Counted from the stretch's first letter, positions 1 to 9,150 are shown. The stretch: 25,437 nucleotides of DNA from a virus (IMGVR_UViG_3300022741_000004:1-25437); one strand, 5' to 3'. Made by a program: numbers and translations. The notes: generated by a model from the letters alone, not told the origin.

Positions 1-181
1 ACGAGGTGGACCACATCAGGCCCAAGGCTGGTTCAAGTCGGGCAAGGCCAAGGGCAACCCCGACGACCCGGGCAACCTGCGGGCCGTCAACCGGGAATGC
101 CACCAGCGCTTGACCACGCTGCAGAAGGGCTATCGCCCTGCGGTGCGGATTGGGCTGGATGGCTTTCCGATAGAGGAGTGA
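1..181 (+). CDS. HNH endonuclease, C-terminal fragment (packaging-associated, HK97 gp74-like), with apparent frameshift
   Basis: Manual translation: EVDHIRPK from nt 3, then WFKSGKAKGNPDDPGNLRAVNRECHQRLT...RIGLDGFPIEE* from nt 29 in a different frame. DH...NL...CH is the HNH motif, and the gene lies just upstream of terS. Truncated by the window start. Confidence 0.75.
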   Translation, partial: RGGPHQAQGWFKSGKAKGNPDDPGNLRAVNRECHQRLTTLQKGYRPAVRIGLDGFPIEE

Positions 182-345
182 GCGTGTTCGATGTAGCGTT
201 GGCGCTTGCGCTGATCGTCCCTTTCGCATTGGGGTGGGTGGCTTGTGCACCATCGACAGTGGGCAGACCCCGCCATATCGCCTCCCACCGTGTTTCCCGC
301 CGGCGAGCGCGGTGCTGCCGAAGGGGAGGGGTGGGGAAGAAGTAG
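178..345 (+). CDS. Small hypothetical protein with N-terminal hydrophobic segment
   Basis: GTG start overlaps the HNH stop (GTGA). Encodes VFDVALALALIVPFALGWVAC plus a basic tail. It runs into the probable cos region, so may not be real. Confidence 0.35.
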   Translation: MSVFDVALALALIVPFALGWVACAPSTVGRPRHIASHRVSRRRARCCRRGGVGKK

Positions 346-420
346 AGGCCGATCCTGGCTAGGACCGACCACCAGCCCAAAATTTCACGCCGTCAGGATA
401 GAAAACCTGATTTTCGGAGG
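320..420. other. Probable cos/packaging-initiation region
   Basis: Lies between HNH and terS. G-run (GGGGAGGGGTGGGG), then GACCG, then CCCAAAATTTCACGCCG, resembling the layout upstream of terS in HK97-like cos phages. The cut site cannot be determined from sequence. Confidence 0.45.
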
Positions 421-425
421 ACCGT

Positions 426-851
426 ATGCCAGGCCCAGGAAAGAAGCCGGCCGCCCTCAAGGTGATCGCTGGCACCCAGCGCAAAGACCGTGAGCCCGAT
501 GGCGCGGTCGATTTGCCAGTTCTCAGCGCAGTTCCGCCTCCACCCGACTGGCTGCCGAATGCGCACGCCATCAAGGAGTGGAACCGGCTGGCGCCGATCC
601 TGGTGGCGAACAAGCTGCTGACCGAAGCGGGGATTTCCGCGCTGGGCCAGCTTTGCGCGCTGCACGGCAAGGTGGTGCAGCTGTACGCGGCGGGTGAGGC
701 GCCAGTGGCGTCCATGGTGGGCCAGTTGCGCAACCTGATCAACGACTTTGGCCTGACGCCCGTGGCCCAGGGCAAGGTGAAACCTACTGGGGAGGGGCCT
801 GCAAAAAATGCCTTCTCCAACAACGGAAAGCGAGGGCGCGCAGCCGCGTGA
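426..851 (+). CDS. terS: Terminase small subunit (P27-family-like)
   Basis: MPGPGKKPAALKVIAG start, PPPPDWL...EWNRLAP, C-terminal FGLTP motif. GGAGG RBS; directly precedes terL. Confidence 0.9.
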   Translation: MPGPGKKPAALKVIAGTQRKDREPDGAVDLPVLSAVPPPPDWLPNAHAIKEWNRLAPILVANKLLTEAGISALGQLCALHGKVVQLYAAGEAPVASMVGQLRNLINDFGLTPVAQGKVKPTGEGPAKNAFSNNGKRGRAAA

Positions 852-2559
852 CTTCGTAGCCATTGCCAAGGCCTACGCCAAGAAGGCCCTGGCGAAGAAT
901 AACCGCAAGCGCTTCGGCATCTGGATTCGTATGGCTGCCGAGCGATTCCTGAAGGACCTGGAGCGCGCCAAGAAGAAAGGGGCGCCGTTCTACTTCGATG
1001 AGTGGCACGCCTGCGACGTGTGCGACTTCGCGGAGAAGCTGCCCCACGTAGAGGGCACCTGGGATACGCCGACCATCGTTCTGCACGAGTCGCATGTCTT
1101 CTTTCTGGTGCAGCTCTTCGGCTTTCGCAAACCGGACGGCACGCGACGCTTCAGCAAGGCCCTGTTCGCGGTGGCCCGCAAGAATGCGAAGAGCACCCTG
1201 GCCGCCATCATCGGCCTGTATTGCCAGAACTGCGAAGACGAGAACGGGCCCCAGATCATCACGGGTGCCACCACCGGCCAGCAAGCGCGGATCGTGTTCA
1301 ACGTGGCGAAGCGGATGGTCGAGAAGACCTCCGACCTGCGCGAAGCCTTCGGCCTGGTGCCGTTCGCCAACGCCATTGCGAGCATCAACAACGGCGGCAC
1401 TTACAAGCCGATCAACGCCAAGGCCAGCACGCAGGACGGGCTGAATCCATCGTGCGTGATCCTGGACGAGATCCACGCGCACAAGGACCACGATCTGCTG
1501 AACGTGCTGGTGTCGGCAGCGGGCGCCCGGGCCAATGTCCTGTTCCTGTTCCTGACCACCGAGGGCTACGACAGCCCGGGGCCGTGGAGAGAAGAACGCG
1601 AGTTCGCCAAGAAGGTGCTGCGCGGCATCGTCGAGGCCGACCACTTCCTGGCCCTGTACTACGCCGTTGATGAAAAGGACGAAGACCTGGGCACGGAGGC
1701 CGACGACGACTTTGACGAGGAGGCGTACCACAAGGCCAACCCGCTGATGGAGGTGAACCCTCTCCTGCTGGGTGAGATCCGGAAAGCGGCCATTGAGGCG
1801 CGCGAGAAGCCCGGCACGCATGGCGAGTTCAAGATCAAGCGCCTGAACCGGCCTTCCTCAGTAGCTGGCGGCTGGGTGAATCTCACCAAGTGGCGCGAGT
1901 GTCGCGGGTTGGTGGACTTGGAGGCGCTGCGCGCGGTGCCATGCTGGGGCGGCCTGGACCTGTCCAGCACCAACGATCTGACCTCGTTCCGGTTGGTGTG
2001 GCGCCTGGAAGGCCACTTGCTCACCTACGGATGGCGCTGGGTGCCGCCGGCTGCCACACGCCGGCGCGTGGCGCGCGGGCTGGTGCCGTATCAGGCCTGG
2101 GTCGAAGGCGGCCACCTGATCGAGTGCGGCGACGAGGTGATCGACTACGCACCCATCGAGGCGAAGGTGCTGGAGGTGAAGGACACCTTCAACCTTGTCA
2201 CGGTGGCATATGACAACTGGAATGCGGTGCAGTCCGCGCAACGCCTGAAGGCCGCCAATGTGCCCATGGAACTTTTTCGGCAGGGTCCGCAGAGCTACCA
2301 CCCCGCGATGCAGGAGCTGGAGTTGCACTACTTGGCCGGAACCCTGGTGCATGGGAACGACCCGGTGTTGAACTGGAACGCCTCGAATCTGGTGGCGCGG
2401 GAGGATGCGAACCTGAACAAGGCGCCCGACAAGCGCAAGTCCACGGAAAAAATTGACGACATGGCCGCGCTGCTGATGGCGACGGGAGCCAGTCTCAACC
2501 ATCAAGTGCAGGGCGGTTTGGATGACTTCCTGCGCAACACCGTGAAAGCACGCCGATGA
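808..2559 (+). CDS. terL: Terminase large subunit
   Basis: Walker A VARKNAKST, Walker B VILDEIH, nuclease motifs GLDLSSTNDLT and KIDDMAALLMA. Overlaps terS by 44 nt. Confidence 0.96.
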   Translation: MPSPTTESEGAQPRDFVAIAKAYAKKALAKNNRKRFGIWIRMAAERFLKDLERAKKKGAPFYFDEWHACDVCDFAEKLPHVEGTWDTPTIVLHESHVFFLVQLFGFRKPDGTRRFSKALFAVARKNAKSTLAAIIGLYCQNCEDENGPQIITGATTGQQARIVFNVAKRMVEKTSDLREAFGLVPFANAIASINNGGTYKPINAKASTQDGLNPSCVILDEIHAHKDHDLLNVLVSAAGARANVLFLFLTTEGYDSPGPWREEREFAKKVLRGIVEADHFLALYYAVDEKDEDLGTEADDDFDEEAYHKANPLMEVNPLLLGEIRKAAIEAREKPGTHGEFKIKRLNRPSSVAGGWVNLTKWRECRGLVDLEALRAVPCWGGLDLSSTNDLTSFRLVWRLEGHLLTYGWRWVPPAATRRRVARGLVPYQAWVEGGHLIECGDEVIDYAPIEAKVLEVKDTFNLVTVAYDNWNAVQSAQRLKAANVPMELFRQGPQSYHPAMQELELHYLAGTLVHGNDPVLNWNASNLVAREDANLNKAPDKRKSTEKIDDMAALLMATGASLNHQVQGGLDDFLRNTVKARR

Positions 2560-3851
2560 AGAAAAAACCGAAAGTGCGGCGCGCTGGTATCCGGGCCGCG
2601 ATCCGTGAGTGGCTGGGCATCACCCTGACCGATCAAGCCGGCGTGGCCGCCATCATCGGGCAGGAAAGCGCCGCGGGCGTCAAGGTCGATGCCAGCGCAG
2701 TGCTGAAGCTGTCCGCCGCCTGGGCGTGCGTGCGGCTGATCGCTGAGACGCTGGCCACGCTGCCCCTGTCGATGTTCGAGAAGACGCGCGACGGCAAGCG
2801 AGCGGCGCCGCAGCACTGGCTGCACTTCATCATCCACGACCAGCCCAACGCGGACAGCACGGCCGCTGTGTTCTGGGAGGCGGTGGTGGCCGGCATGCTG
2901 CTGAGCGATGGCGCCCGGGTCGAAAAGCTGATGGTCGGCGGGAAGATCGTAGGCCTGCAGTTCCTGGCCCGCCACCGGCTGACCATCTCGCGCGACACCG
3001 CAGGACGCAAGGCGTACTACTACGCCGACGACAGCGGGCGCCTCCGGGCGATCCCTGCCGACCGCATTTGGTACATCCCCGGCTTCTCGCTCGACGGCAT
3101 CAACGGCGTGTCTGCCATCAGGTACGGTACCGACGTGTTCGGCACGGCCGTGGCTGCGGACAAGACCGCGGCACGCACCTTCCGCAATGGCTTGATGCGC
3201 ACGCTGTACTACAAGGCCACCAACTGGCTGACGAAGGAGCAGCGCGAGATCTTCAAGGAGAACGTGCAGGGCTCCATCGAGCGCGAGGAAACGCCGCTGC
3301 TGGAGGGGGGCACCGACGTGTCAGCCCTGGGTATTAACCCCGCTGATGCGCAACTGCTGGAGTCCCGGGCGTTCAGCGTGGAGGAGGTGTGCCGCTGGTT
3401 CCGCGTGCCGCCGTTCATGGTGGGGCACAGCGAGAAATCGACCAGTTGGGGCACCGGCATCGAGCAGCAAATGATCGGCTTCCTGACCTTCACCCTGGGG
3501 CCGTGGATTCGGCGCCTGGAGCAGGCGATCACCAAGGACCTTCTGACGCCGGCCGAACGCCTGCGCTTCTACCCCAAGTTCGTCGTGGAGGGCCTGCTGC
3601 GCGCCGATAGCGCGGCGCGCGCCGCGTTCTACGCCGCCATGGTGAACAACGGCGTGCTGACGCGCGACGAGGTGCGGCAGCTGGAGGACCGGGAGCCCAT
3701 GGGCGGGAACGCCGCGGTGCTGACCGTGCAATCCGCCATGACCACACTGGACAGTGTTGGCCAGGCCGGCGGAGCTGATTCATCCAACCAAGCCCGGGCC
3801 GCGCTGCGCGCGTTCCTGGGTATTGCAGATACCGAGCCACAGAAAGGCTGA
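2556..3851 (+). CDS. Portal protein, HK97 family
   Basis: AWACVRLIAETLATLP, DAQLLESRAFSVEEVCRWFRVPP, GIEQQ...F...TLGPW, LTRDEVRQLE. ATGA-coupled to terL. Confidence 0.96.
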   Translation: MKKKPKVRRAGIRAAIREWLGITLTDQAGVAAIIGQESAAGVKVDASAVLKLSAAWACVRLIAETLATLPLSMFEKTRDGKRAAPQHWLHFIIHDQPNADSTAAVFWEAVVAGMLLSDGARVEKLMVGGKIVGLQFLARHRLTISRDTAGRKAYYYADDSGRLRAIPADRIWYIPGFSLDGINGVSAIRYGTDVFGTAVAADKTAARTFRNGLMRTLYYKATNWLTKEQREIFKENVQGSIEREETPLLEGGTDVSALGINPADAQLLESRAFSVEEVCRWFRVPPFMVGHSEKSTSWGTGIEQQMIGFLTFTLGPWIRRLEQAITKDLLTPAERLRFYPKFVVEGLLRADSAARAAFYAAMVNNGVLTRDEVRQLEDREPMGGNAAVLTVQSAMTTLDSVGQAGGADSSNQARAALRAFLGIADTEPQKG

Positions 3852-3854
3852 ACC

Positions 3855-4721
3855 ATGAGCACCAAGAACCTGCCGGTGGCCCCCATGGGCCGGCCGAGCG
3901 CCAGCGTGCGCAGTGAGATCCTGCCCCGCGCATTCGAGCGCTGGAACCCAGGCCTGCGCGCCGCCGCTGCCGAGGGCGAAGAAGACCGCAGCATCAGCAT
4001 CTATGACGCCATCGGTTACGACTACTGGACGGGCGAAGGCGTCACATCCCGGCGCGTCGCGGCAGCGCTGCGCACCCTGGGGGCTGGGCCGGTCACAGTG
4101 AACGTCAACAGCCCGGGCGGCGACATGTTCGAGGGCCTGGCCATCTACAACCTGCTGCGCGAGCACAAGGGCGACGTGACCGTGAAGGTGCTGGGCGTGG
4201 CCGCCTCGGCTGCCAGCGTGATCGCCATGGCGGGCGACAACGTGCAGATCGCGCGGGCCGCCTTCTTCATGGTCCACAACAGTTGGGTGGTGGCCGCCGG
4301 CAACCGCAACGACCTGCGCGAGATCGCGGACTGGCTGGAGCCCTTCGACGCCGCGATGGCCGACATCTACGTGGCGCACACCGGCGCTGATGCGAAGGCC
4401 ATCGCCAAGCTGATGGACGCCGAATCCTGGATCGGCGGCAGTGCGGCCGTGGAGCAGGGCTTTGCCGACGAGCTGCTGGCGTCCGACCAGGTGGCCCAGG
4501 GCGACGCCAAGGCCCATGCCCACGCCGCTCGGCGGCTGGAGGCCGCGCTACGCGCCAGCGGCCTGCCCAAGAGCGAGGCCATGCGCCTCATCAGCGAGTT
4601 CAAGTCCGGTGCGGGTGATCCGTCCGGCAGCGGTGAGGGGGATCCCACCGGGCGCGGCCAGCCGGCCGACATCAGCGAAACCGCGGCGCTCGCCGCATCC
4701 CTCACCACCATCCTCTCGTAA
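3855..4721 (+). CDS. Prohead maturation protease, ClpP (S14) type
   Basis: VNSPGGDMFEG, GVAASAASVIAMAG (catalytic Ser), FMVHN (His), AVEQGFADE; lies between portal and capsid. Confidence 0.93.
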   Translation: MSTKNLPVAPMGRPSASVRSEILPRAFERWNPGLRAAAAEGEEDRSISIYDAIGYDYWTGEGVTSRRVAAALRTLGAGPVTVNVNSPGGDMFEGLAIYNLLREHKGDVTVKVLGVAASAASVIAMAGDNVQIARAAFFMVHNSWVVAAGNRNDLREIADWLEPFDAAMADIYVAHTGADAKAIAKLMDAESWIGGSAAVEQGFADELLASDQVAQGDAKAHAHAARRLEAALRASGLPKSEAMRLISEFKSGAGDPSGSGEGDPTGRGQPADISETAALAASLTTILS

Positions 4722-4729
4722 GGAAAATC

Positions 4730-5920
4730 ATGCCCATCGAAAAAGACATCGAGCAGATCAACGCCAGCCTGAAGACGGTTGGCGACCAGCTCAAGACTCA
4801 CGCCGAGGCCGCCGCGAAGAACGCCGACCTCAACGCCGAGACACGCACCAAGGTCGATGACCTGCTGCTGAAGCAGGGTGAACTGCAGGCCAACCTGCAG
4901 AACGCCCAGCAGTTGCTGGCGAAGCTCGAGGCGAACGGAGCTGGCGGCGACGTGCAGCACCAGTCCTTGGGCCAGCAGTTCGTGAACAGCGACAGCGTGA
5001 AAGCTCTGCTGGGGCAGGCGCACCCGCGCGGCCGCGCGGACATGACCGTCAACGCGGCCATCACCAGCCTCACGACGGACGCCGACGGCTCTGCAGGCGA
5101 CCTGGTGCAAACCACTCGTCTGCCCGGCGTGCTCGAGCTGCCGCAGCGTCGCCTGACAGTGCGCGACCTGATCACCCCCGGCCGCATGGACGGCAACGCG
5201 CTGGAGTACGTGAAGGAAACCGGCTTCACGAACAACGCCGGCATGGTGGCCGAAACGGCCAAGAAGCCCGAGTCCAGCATCAAGTTCGACCTGGTGAGCA
5301 CCACGGCGAAGGTCATCGCCCACTACATGAAGGCGTCGCGCCAGATCCTGAGCGACGCGTCGCAGCTGGCCAGCTTCATCGACGGCCGTCTGCGGTACGG
5401 GCTGGCCTTCAAGGAGGAGCAGCAGTTGCTGAGCGGTGACGGCACTGGCCAGAACCTGCTGGGCATCATCCCGCAGGCCACGGCATTCCTGGCGCCGTTC
5501 GACCCCGCCGGCACCGAAACCAACATCGACAACATCCGCCTGGCGTTCCTCCAATCCGAGCTGGCCGAGTACCCGGCCACAGGCGTGGTGATGAACCCCA
5601 TCGACTGGGCACGCATCGAGTTGCTGAAGGACACCACCGGCCGCTACATCATCGGCAACCCGCAGGGCACGCTCAGCGCCTCGCTGTGGAACCGCCCGGT
5701 AGTGACCACCTCGGCGATCACGGTTGACAAGTTCCTGGCCGGCGCCTTCCGTCTCGGGGCCCAGGTGTTCGACCGCTGGCAGGCTCGCGTGGAGGTGGCC
5801 ACGGAGAACGAAGACGACTTCGTGAAGAACATGGTGACGGTGCTCGCGGAAGAACGCCTGGCACTTGCTGTGTACCGCCCCGAGGCCTTCATCTACGGCG
5901 ACTTCGGCAACGTGACCTGA
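4730..5920 (+). CDS. Major capsid protein, HK97 fold with N-terminal coiled-coil delta domain
   Basis: VAETAKKPES, SRQILSDA, EEQQLLSGDGTGQNLLGI, DDFVKNMVTVLAEERLALAVYRPEAF; AAGGA RBS. Confidence 0.97.
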   Translation: MPIEKDIEQINASLKTVGDQLKTHAEAAAKNADLNAETRTKVDDLLLKQGELQANLQNAQQLLAKLEANGAGGDVQHQSLGQQFVNSDSVKALLGQAHPRGRADMTVNAAITSLTTDADGSAGDLVQTTRLPGVLELPQRRLTVRDLITPGRMDGNALEYVKETGFTNNAGMVAETAKKPESSIKFDLVSTTAKVIAHYMKASRQILSDASQLASFIDGRLRYGLAFKEEQQLLSGDGTGQNLLGIIPQATAFLAPFDPAGTETNIDNIRLAFLQSELAEYPATGVVMNPIDWARIELLKDTTGRYIIGNPQGTLSASLWNRPVVTTSAITVDKFLAGAFRLGAQVFDRWQARVEVATENEDDFVKNMVTVLAEERLALAVYRPEAFIYGDFGNVT

Positions 5921-5922
5921 TC

Positions 5923-5951
5923 GACCCGGGCTCGCTTCGGCGGGCCTGGTC
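5923..5951 (+). terminator. Stem-loop with cUUCGg tetraloop after capsid gene (no U-tract; weak terminator or mRNA stabiliser)
   Basis: GGGCTCGC-TTCG-GCGGGCCT. Confidence 0.55.
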
Positions 5952-5970
5952 GTTCTCGAAGGAGACACCC

Positions 5971-6195
5971 ATGCTCATCAAGTTCAAGAAGCCTGACCCG
6001 CGCGCAGGCAGTGTCGCGCAGATGGACAGCAGCCGCGGCCAGCACTTCGTCGACACCGGCGCCGCAGAGCAACTGCCCGAGAACGAAGCGCCGGCACGCG
6101 CCGCGGACGACGCATCGGCGCCGACTGTCGGCACAGAGCCGCACGCCCCGGTGCCGGCACCCAAGCCTGCCCGGGTACCAAAGGCGCCGAAATGA
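5971..6195 (+). CDS. Small hypothetical head-associated protein
   Basis: AAGGAG RBS; short folded N-terminus with Pro/Ala/Lys-rich tail; typical position after the capsid gene. Confidence 0.75.
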   Translation: MLIKFKKPDPRAGSVAQMDSSRGQHFVDTGAAEQLPENEAPARAADDASAPTVGTEPHAPVPAPKPARVPKAPK

Positions 6196-6518
6196 TCGTG
6201 AGCCTGGACCTCGCGCGCCGCTACTGCCGCGCCAGCTCTACGGACGACGCCGTGTTGACCGTGCTGGTGGAAGCCGCCGAGGGCTGGGCCTCCATGTTCC
6301 TGAACCGGCAGGTGTTTGCCGATCAGAGCGCCCTCGAAACTGCCGTCGCCGCAGGCACTGCCGGCGAGAGCCCCATGGCGGTGAATGCAGCCTTCACTGC
6401 CGCCGTGCTGGAGATCGTTAGCGACCGCTACGACAACCGTGAGGACAGTGCCAAGGGCAACACGATGATGCGCGCCGAGCGGTTGCTGTGGCCCTACCGC
6501 ATAGGCCTGGGGGTGTGA
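6192..6518 (+). CDS. Head-tail connector (HK97 gp6-like)
   Basis: VSLDLARRYCR, AVLEIVSDRYDNRE, LLWPYR; synteny. Confidence 0.9.
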   Translation: MIVSLDLARRYCRASSTDDAVLTVLVEAAEGWASMFLNRQVFADQSALETAVAAGTAGESPMAVNAAFTAAVLEIVSDRYDNREDSAKGNTMMRAERLLWPYRIGLGV

Positions 6519-6519
6519 C

Positions 6520-6879
6520 ATGCGCGCAGGCGACCTGGACAAGGAAATCCGGCTGCAGGCCTACACGGTCATCGGCCGCGATCCCGACTACAACACCGAG
6601 ATCAGGGACTGGGAGACGGTGCTCACGACCTGGGCCCAGGTTCAGGACGTATTGCCCTCCAAAGCCGAGACCGTCCGCGACTCCGTGGAGATTGCCGAAC
6701 GGCCTTCCCGCGTGCGCATGCGCTTCACCCAGGGCATCACCCCCGCCATGCGTATCGTGGTGGTGGGCGTGGACGGTGCGCCAGACCGGGTTTGTGAGAT
6801 CGTCTCCGGCCCGGTTGAACTGGGGCGCCGGGAGGGCATCGAGCTGCTGGTGAAGGACCTGGGACGAGGCGCACCATGA
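6520..6879 (+). CDS. Head closure / head-tail adaptor (SPP1 gp16-like)
   Basis: MRAGDLDKEIRLQ, WETVLTTWAQV, RVRMRF..GITPAMRIV; synteny. Confidence 0.88.
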   Translation: MRAGDLDKEIRLQAYTVIGRDPDYNTEIRDWETVLTTWAQVQDVLPSKAETVRDSVEIAERPSRVRMRFTQGITPAMRIVVVGVDGAPDRVCEIVSGPVELGRREGIELLVKDLGRGAP

Positions 6880-7439
6880 GCACGTCGAAAGTCAAGGGTC
6901 TCGACGAGCTGGCCAAGTCGCTCCACGATTTCCCCGACAAGCTGCAGAACAGCATCATGCGCGGCGCGATGCGCGCGGGGGCGAAGGTGTTGGAGGCCGA
7001 GGCCCAGAAGAATGCGCCGGTGGACAAGGGCGACCTGAAGAAGAGCTTCAAGGTCAGCACGCGCGTCAAGGGCGGCGTTGTGACCGCGAGTGTCAAAAAC
7101 TTCGACTGGAAAGCACATTGGGCCGAATACGGCACCGCGGCCCACTGGATCAGCGTGAAGGAAGAGGACAAGCCGGGGCGGATGACGCGCCGCGGATACC
7201 GCAAGGTGAGCATGAAGACGCTCAACAAGATGCTGGCGAGCGGCACGCTCAAGATCGGCGCGCAGTTTGCCGGAGCTTCCGTGCTTCACCCGGGTGCCAA
7301 GGCGCAACCCTACATGCGCCCGGCCCTGGACAAAAAGGCGACGGAGGCCGTCGTGGCGGTCGGCAACTACATGAAGAAGCGGCTGGCGAACAAGCACGGC
7401 CTGGACACGTCGGGGATCACCGTGGAGGCAGACGAATAA
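6876..7439 (+). CDS. HK97 gp10-family neck/tail completion protein
   Basis: VKGLDEL, APVDKGDLKKS, EYGT, AQPYMRPALD. Confidence 0.9.
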   Translation: MSTSKVKGLDELAKSLHDFPDKLQNSIMRGAMRAGAKVLEAEAQKNAPVDKGDLKKSFKVSTRVKGGVVTASVKNFDWKAHWAEYGTAAHWISVKEEDKPGRMTRRGYRKVSMKTLNKMLASGTLKIGAQFAGASVLHPGAKAQPYMRPALDKKATEAVVAVGNYMKKRLANKHGLDTSGITVEADE

Positions 7440-7858
7440 TGAGCGCACCCCAGGCCACCAGAATCATCGTCGCGCTGCTCACGGCGGACGCCGCCTTGCT
7501 GGCGCTGATCCCCGCCGCGCGCATGTTCCAGGGCTTCATCCCGCAGAACGCCACACTCCCGGCCCTGGCGTACACCAACATCAGCGACAACGACCGCCAG
7601 ACCATCGCGGGCGATGAGCCTACGGTCATTGAAACCGGCCGCGTGCAGGTCACCGTGGCAGCCAAGGACTACCCCGCCAAGGAGCGGCTGATCGGTGCTG
7701 TCCGCCAGGCCTGCTCCGGCAAGCGCGGGACCATCGCGGGTATGCATGTCAACAACGTGCGCAGCGACGGCATTGGCCCTGACCTCGACAACGAGGAGGC
7801 AGGAATCTACGGCCGCACTATCGATTTCATGGTCACTTCCCGCCGCGCGCGGGGGTGA
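7439..7858 (+). CDS. Tail terminator (DUF3168-like)
   Basis: ATG at 7439 overlaps the TAA of the previous gene. MSAPQATRIIVALLTAD...PQNATLPALAY...RVQVTV...TIDFMV; directly before the tail tube. Confidence 0.82.
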   Translation: MSAPQATRIIVALLTADAALLALIPAARMFQGFIPQNATLPALAYTNISDNDRQTIAGDEPTVIETGRVQVTVAAKDYPAKERLIGAVRQACSGKRGTIAGMHVNNVRSDGIGPDLDNEEAGIYGRTIDFMVTSRRARG

Positions 7859-7889
7859 TCCTTCAGTTTGCCGGCAACGGCATAACCCC

Positions 7890-7916
7890 GGCCCGCAGTT
7901 GCGGGCCTTTTTCTTT
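7890..7916 (+). terminator. Intrinsic terminator upstream of tail tube gene
   Basis: GGCCCGC-AGTT-GCGGGCC followed by TTTTTCTTT. Confidence 0.75.
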
Positions 7917-7933
7917 GCAGAAAGGAAACTCCC

Positions 7934-8533
7934 ATGTCCGGAGTAGAAACCGTTGCTGGTACGAAAATCAGCGTCAGCGCCACCAAGCCCGTCACGTTCG
8001 ACGCATCGGGCTATGGCGCGATCAACGACTGGGCCAAGATCGGCGAGATCACCGATGGCGGCTCGCACGGGCGCATCTATGCCGAGGTCACCCACAACCC
8101 CATCGACACGCGTGGCACGCAGAAATTCAAGGGCTCCTTCAACGAGGGGACCAAGACGCTGCAGCTCGGCATGGATCGCGCCGACCCCGGCCAGGCTGTG
8201 CTCGATGTGGCGCTGAAGTCCGATGCCGACTACAGCTTCAAGGTCGAGTACCAAGGCGGTGACATCGACTACTTCCAGTCCAAGGTGATGTCGTTCGAGA
8301 AGGCAGCGACCTCGGTGGATTCCATTCGCAGCGCCACGGTGCAGCTCTCGCTGACCACCACCAAATCCGGCGTGGGAATCATCGAAGTCTCTGCCGACGA
8401 CATCGAATTCACCCTGACCTACACGGCGGGCGCCAATGGCTCCATCCTGGGCGATTCGCCCCAGACCGTTGCCATGCTGGGCTCGGGCACCCCGGTGGCC
8501 GCCGTGCCGGCGTCGGGCTACGAGTTCGTGTAG
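7934..8533 (+). CDS. Major tail tube protein; frame continues past TAG (8531-8533) to TAA at 8620
   Basis: AAAGGA RBS; AGTKISVSA, KIGEITD, KFKGSFNEG, DPGQAVL; position between tail terminator and chaperones. The C-terminal accessory beta domain is interrupted by TAG. Confidence 0.9.
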   Translation: MSGVETVAGTKISVSATKPVTFDASGYGAINDWAKIGEITDGGSHGRIYAEVTHNPIDTRGTQKFKGSFNEGTKTLQLGMDRADPGQAVLDVALKSDADYSFKVEYQGGDIDYFQSKVMSFEKAATSVDSIRSATVQLSLTTTKSGVGIIEVSADDIEFTLTYTAGANGSILGDSPQTVAMLGSGTPVAAVPASGYEFV

Positions 8534-8637
8534 TGGAGCGACGGCAGCACCGCCAATCCCCGCGTTGACACCAGCGTGACCGCCAGCAAGACGGTCATCG
8601 CCACCTTCCAGCCCGAATAAGGCTGACCCCTGCACCG

Positions 8638-8690
8638 GCCCGGCTACCGCCGCTCTTTGCGGAGCGCGGTGGCTGGGCACGGGCGTTTTC
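8638..8690 (+). terminator. Long GC-rich hairpin after the extended tail tube frame
   Basis: GCCCGGCTACCGC-c-GCTC-tttgcg-GAGC-GCGGTGGCTGGGC with two G-U pairs; short T run a few nt later. Confidence 0.55.
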
Positions 8691-8721
8691 ACTCTCGCTC
8701 CACCTCCGCAAAGGAAAAATC

Positions 8722-9150
8722 ATGAACGCACTCAACATCAAGACCAAGGCCGTTGCCGCTACCTCGTTCCTGCACCTGAAGGACTCCAGCGACACGCTGA
8801 TGTACACCAGCCCTACCGATGGCAGCCAGCCCGCCGCCGTGGGTGTCACCATCTACGGCCCCGGCTCCAAGGAGTTCCAGCAGGCCCAGGTGAAGGTCAA
8901 CAACCGTGCGGTGGCCCGCCTGCAAAAGCGCGGCAAGTTCGAGCAGACCGTCGATGGCAAGCTGAAGGAGCAGGCCGAGTACCTGGCCGACATCACCCAA
9001 TCGTTCCAGCACCTGGACTACGACGGACTCACCGGCCGCGCATTGGCCCTCGCCGTCTACGGCGACCCCTCCATCGGCTTCATCGGCGACCAGGTAGCCG
9101 AGTACGTCAAGGAGTGGGGAAATTTTTCGGCGACCTCTTCGACGACCTGA
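8722..9150 (+). CDS. Tail assembly chaperone G
   Basis: AAGGA RBS; GVTIYGPGSKEFQQA; lies between tube and tape measure and ends at a slippery site. Confidence 0.88.
   Translation: MNALNIKTKAVAATSFLHLKDSSDTLMYTSPTDGSQPAAVGVTIYGPGSKEFQQAQVKVNNRAVARLQKRGKFEQTVDGKLKEQAEYLADITQSFQHLDYDGLTGRALALAVYGDPSIGFIGDQVAEYVKEWGNFSATSSTT

Noticed and set aside
1168-1200. TerL Walker A with AKS instead of GKS
   Set aside because: RKNAKST is a common variant in this terminase group, not a sign of inactivation.
4367-5968. 533-aa reverse-strand ORF
   Set aside because: Antisense shadow of the protease and capsid genes, expected in GC-rich DNA; no motifs.
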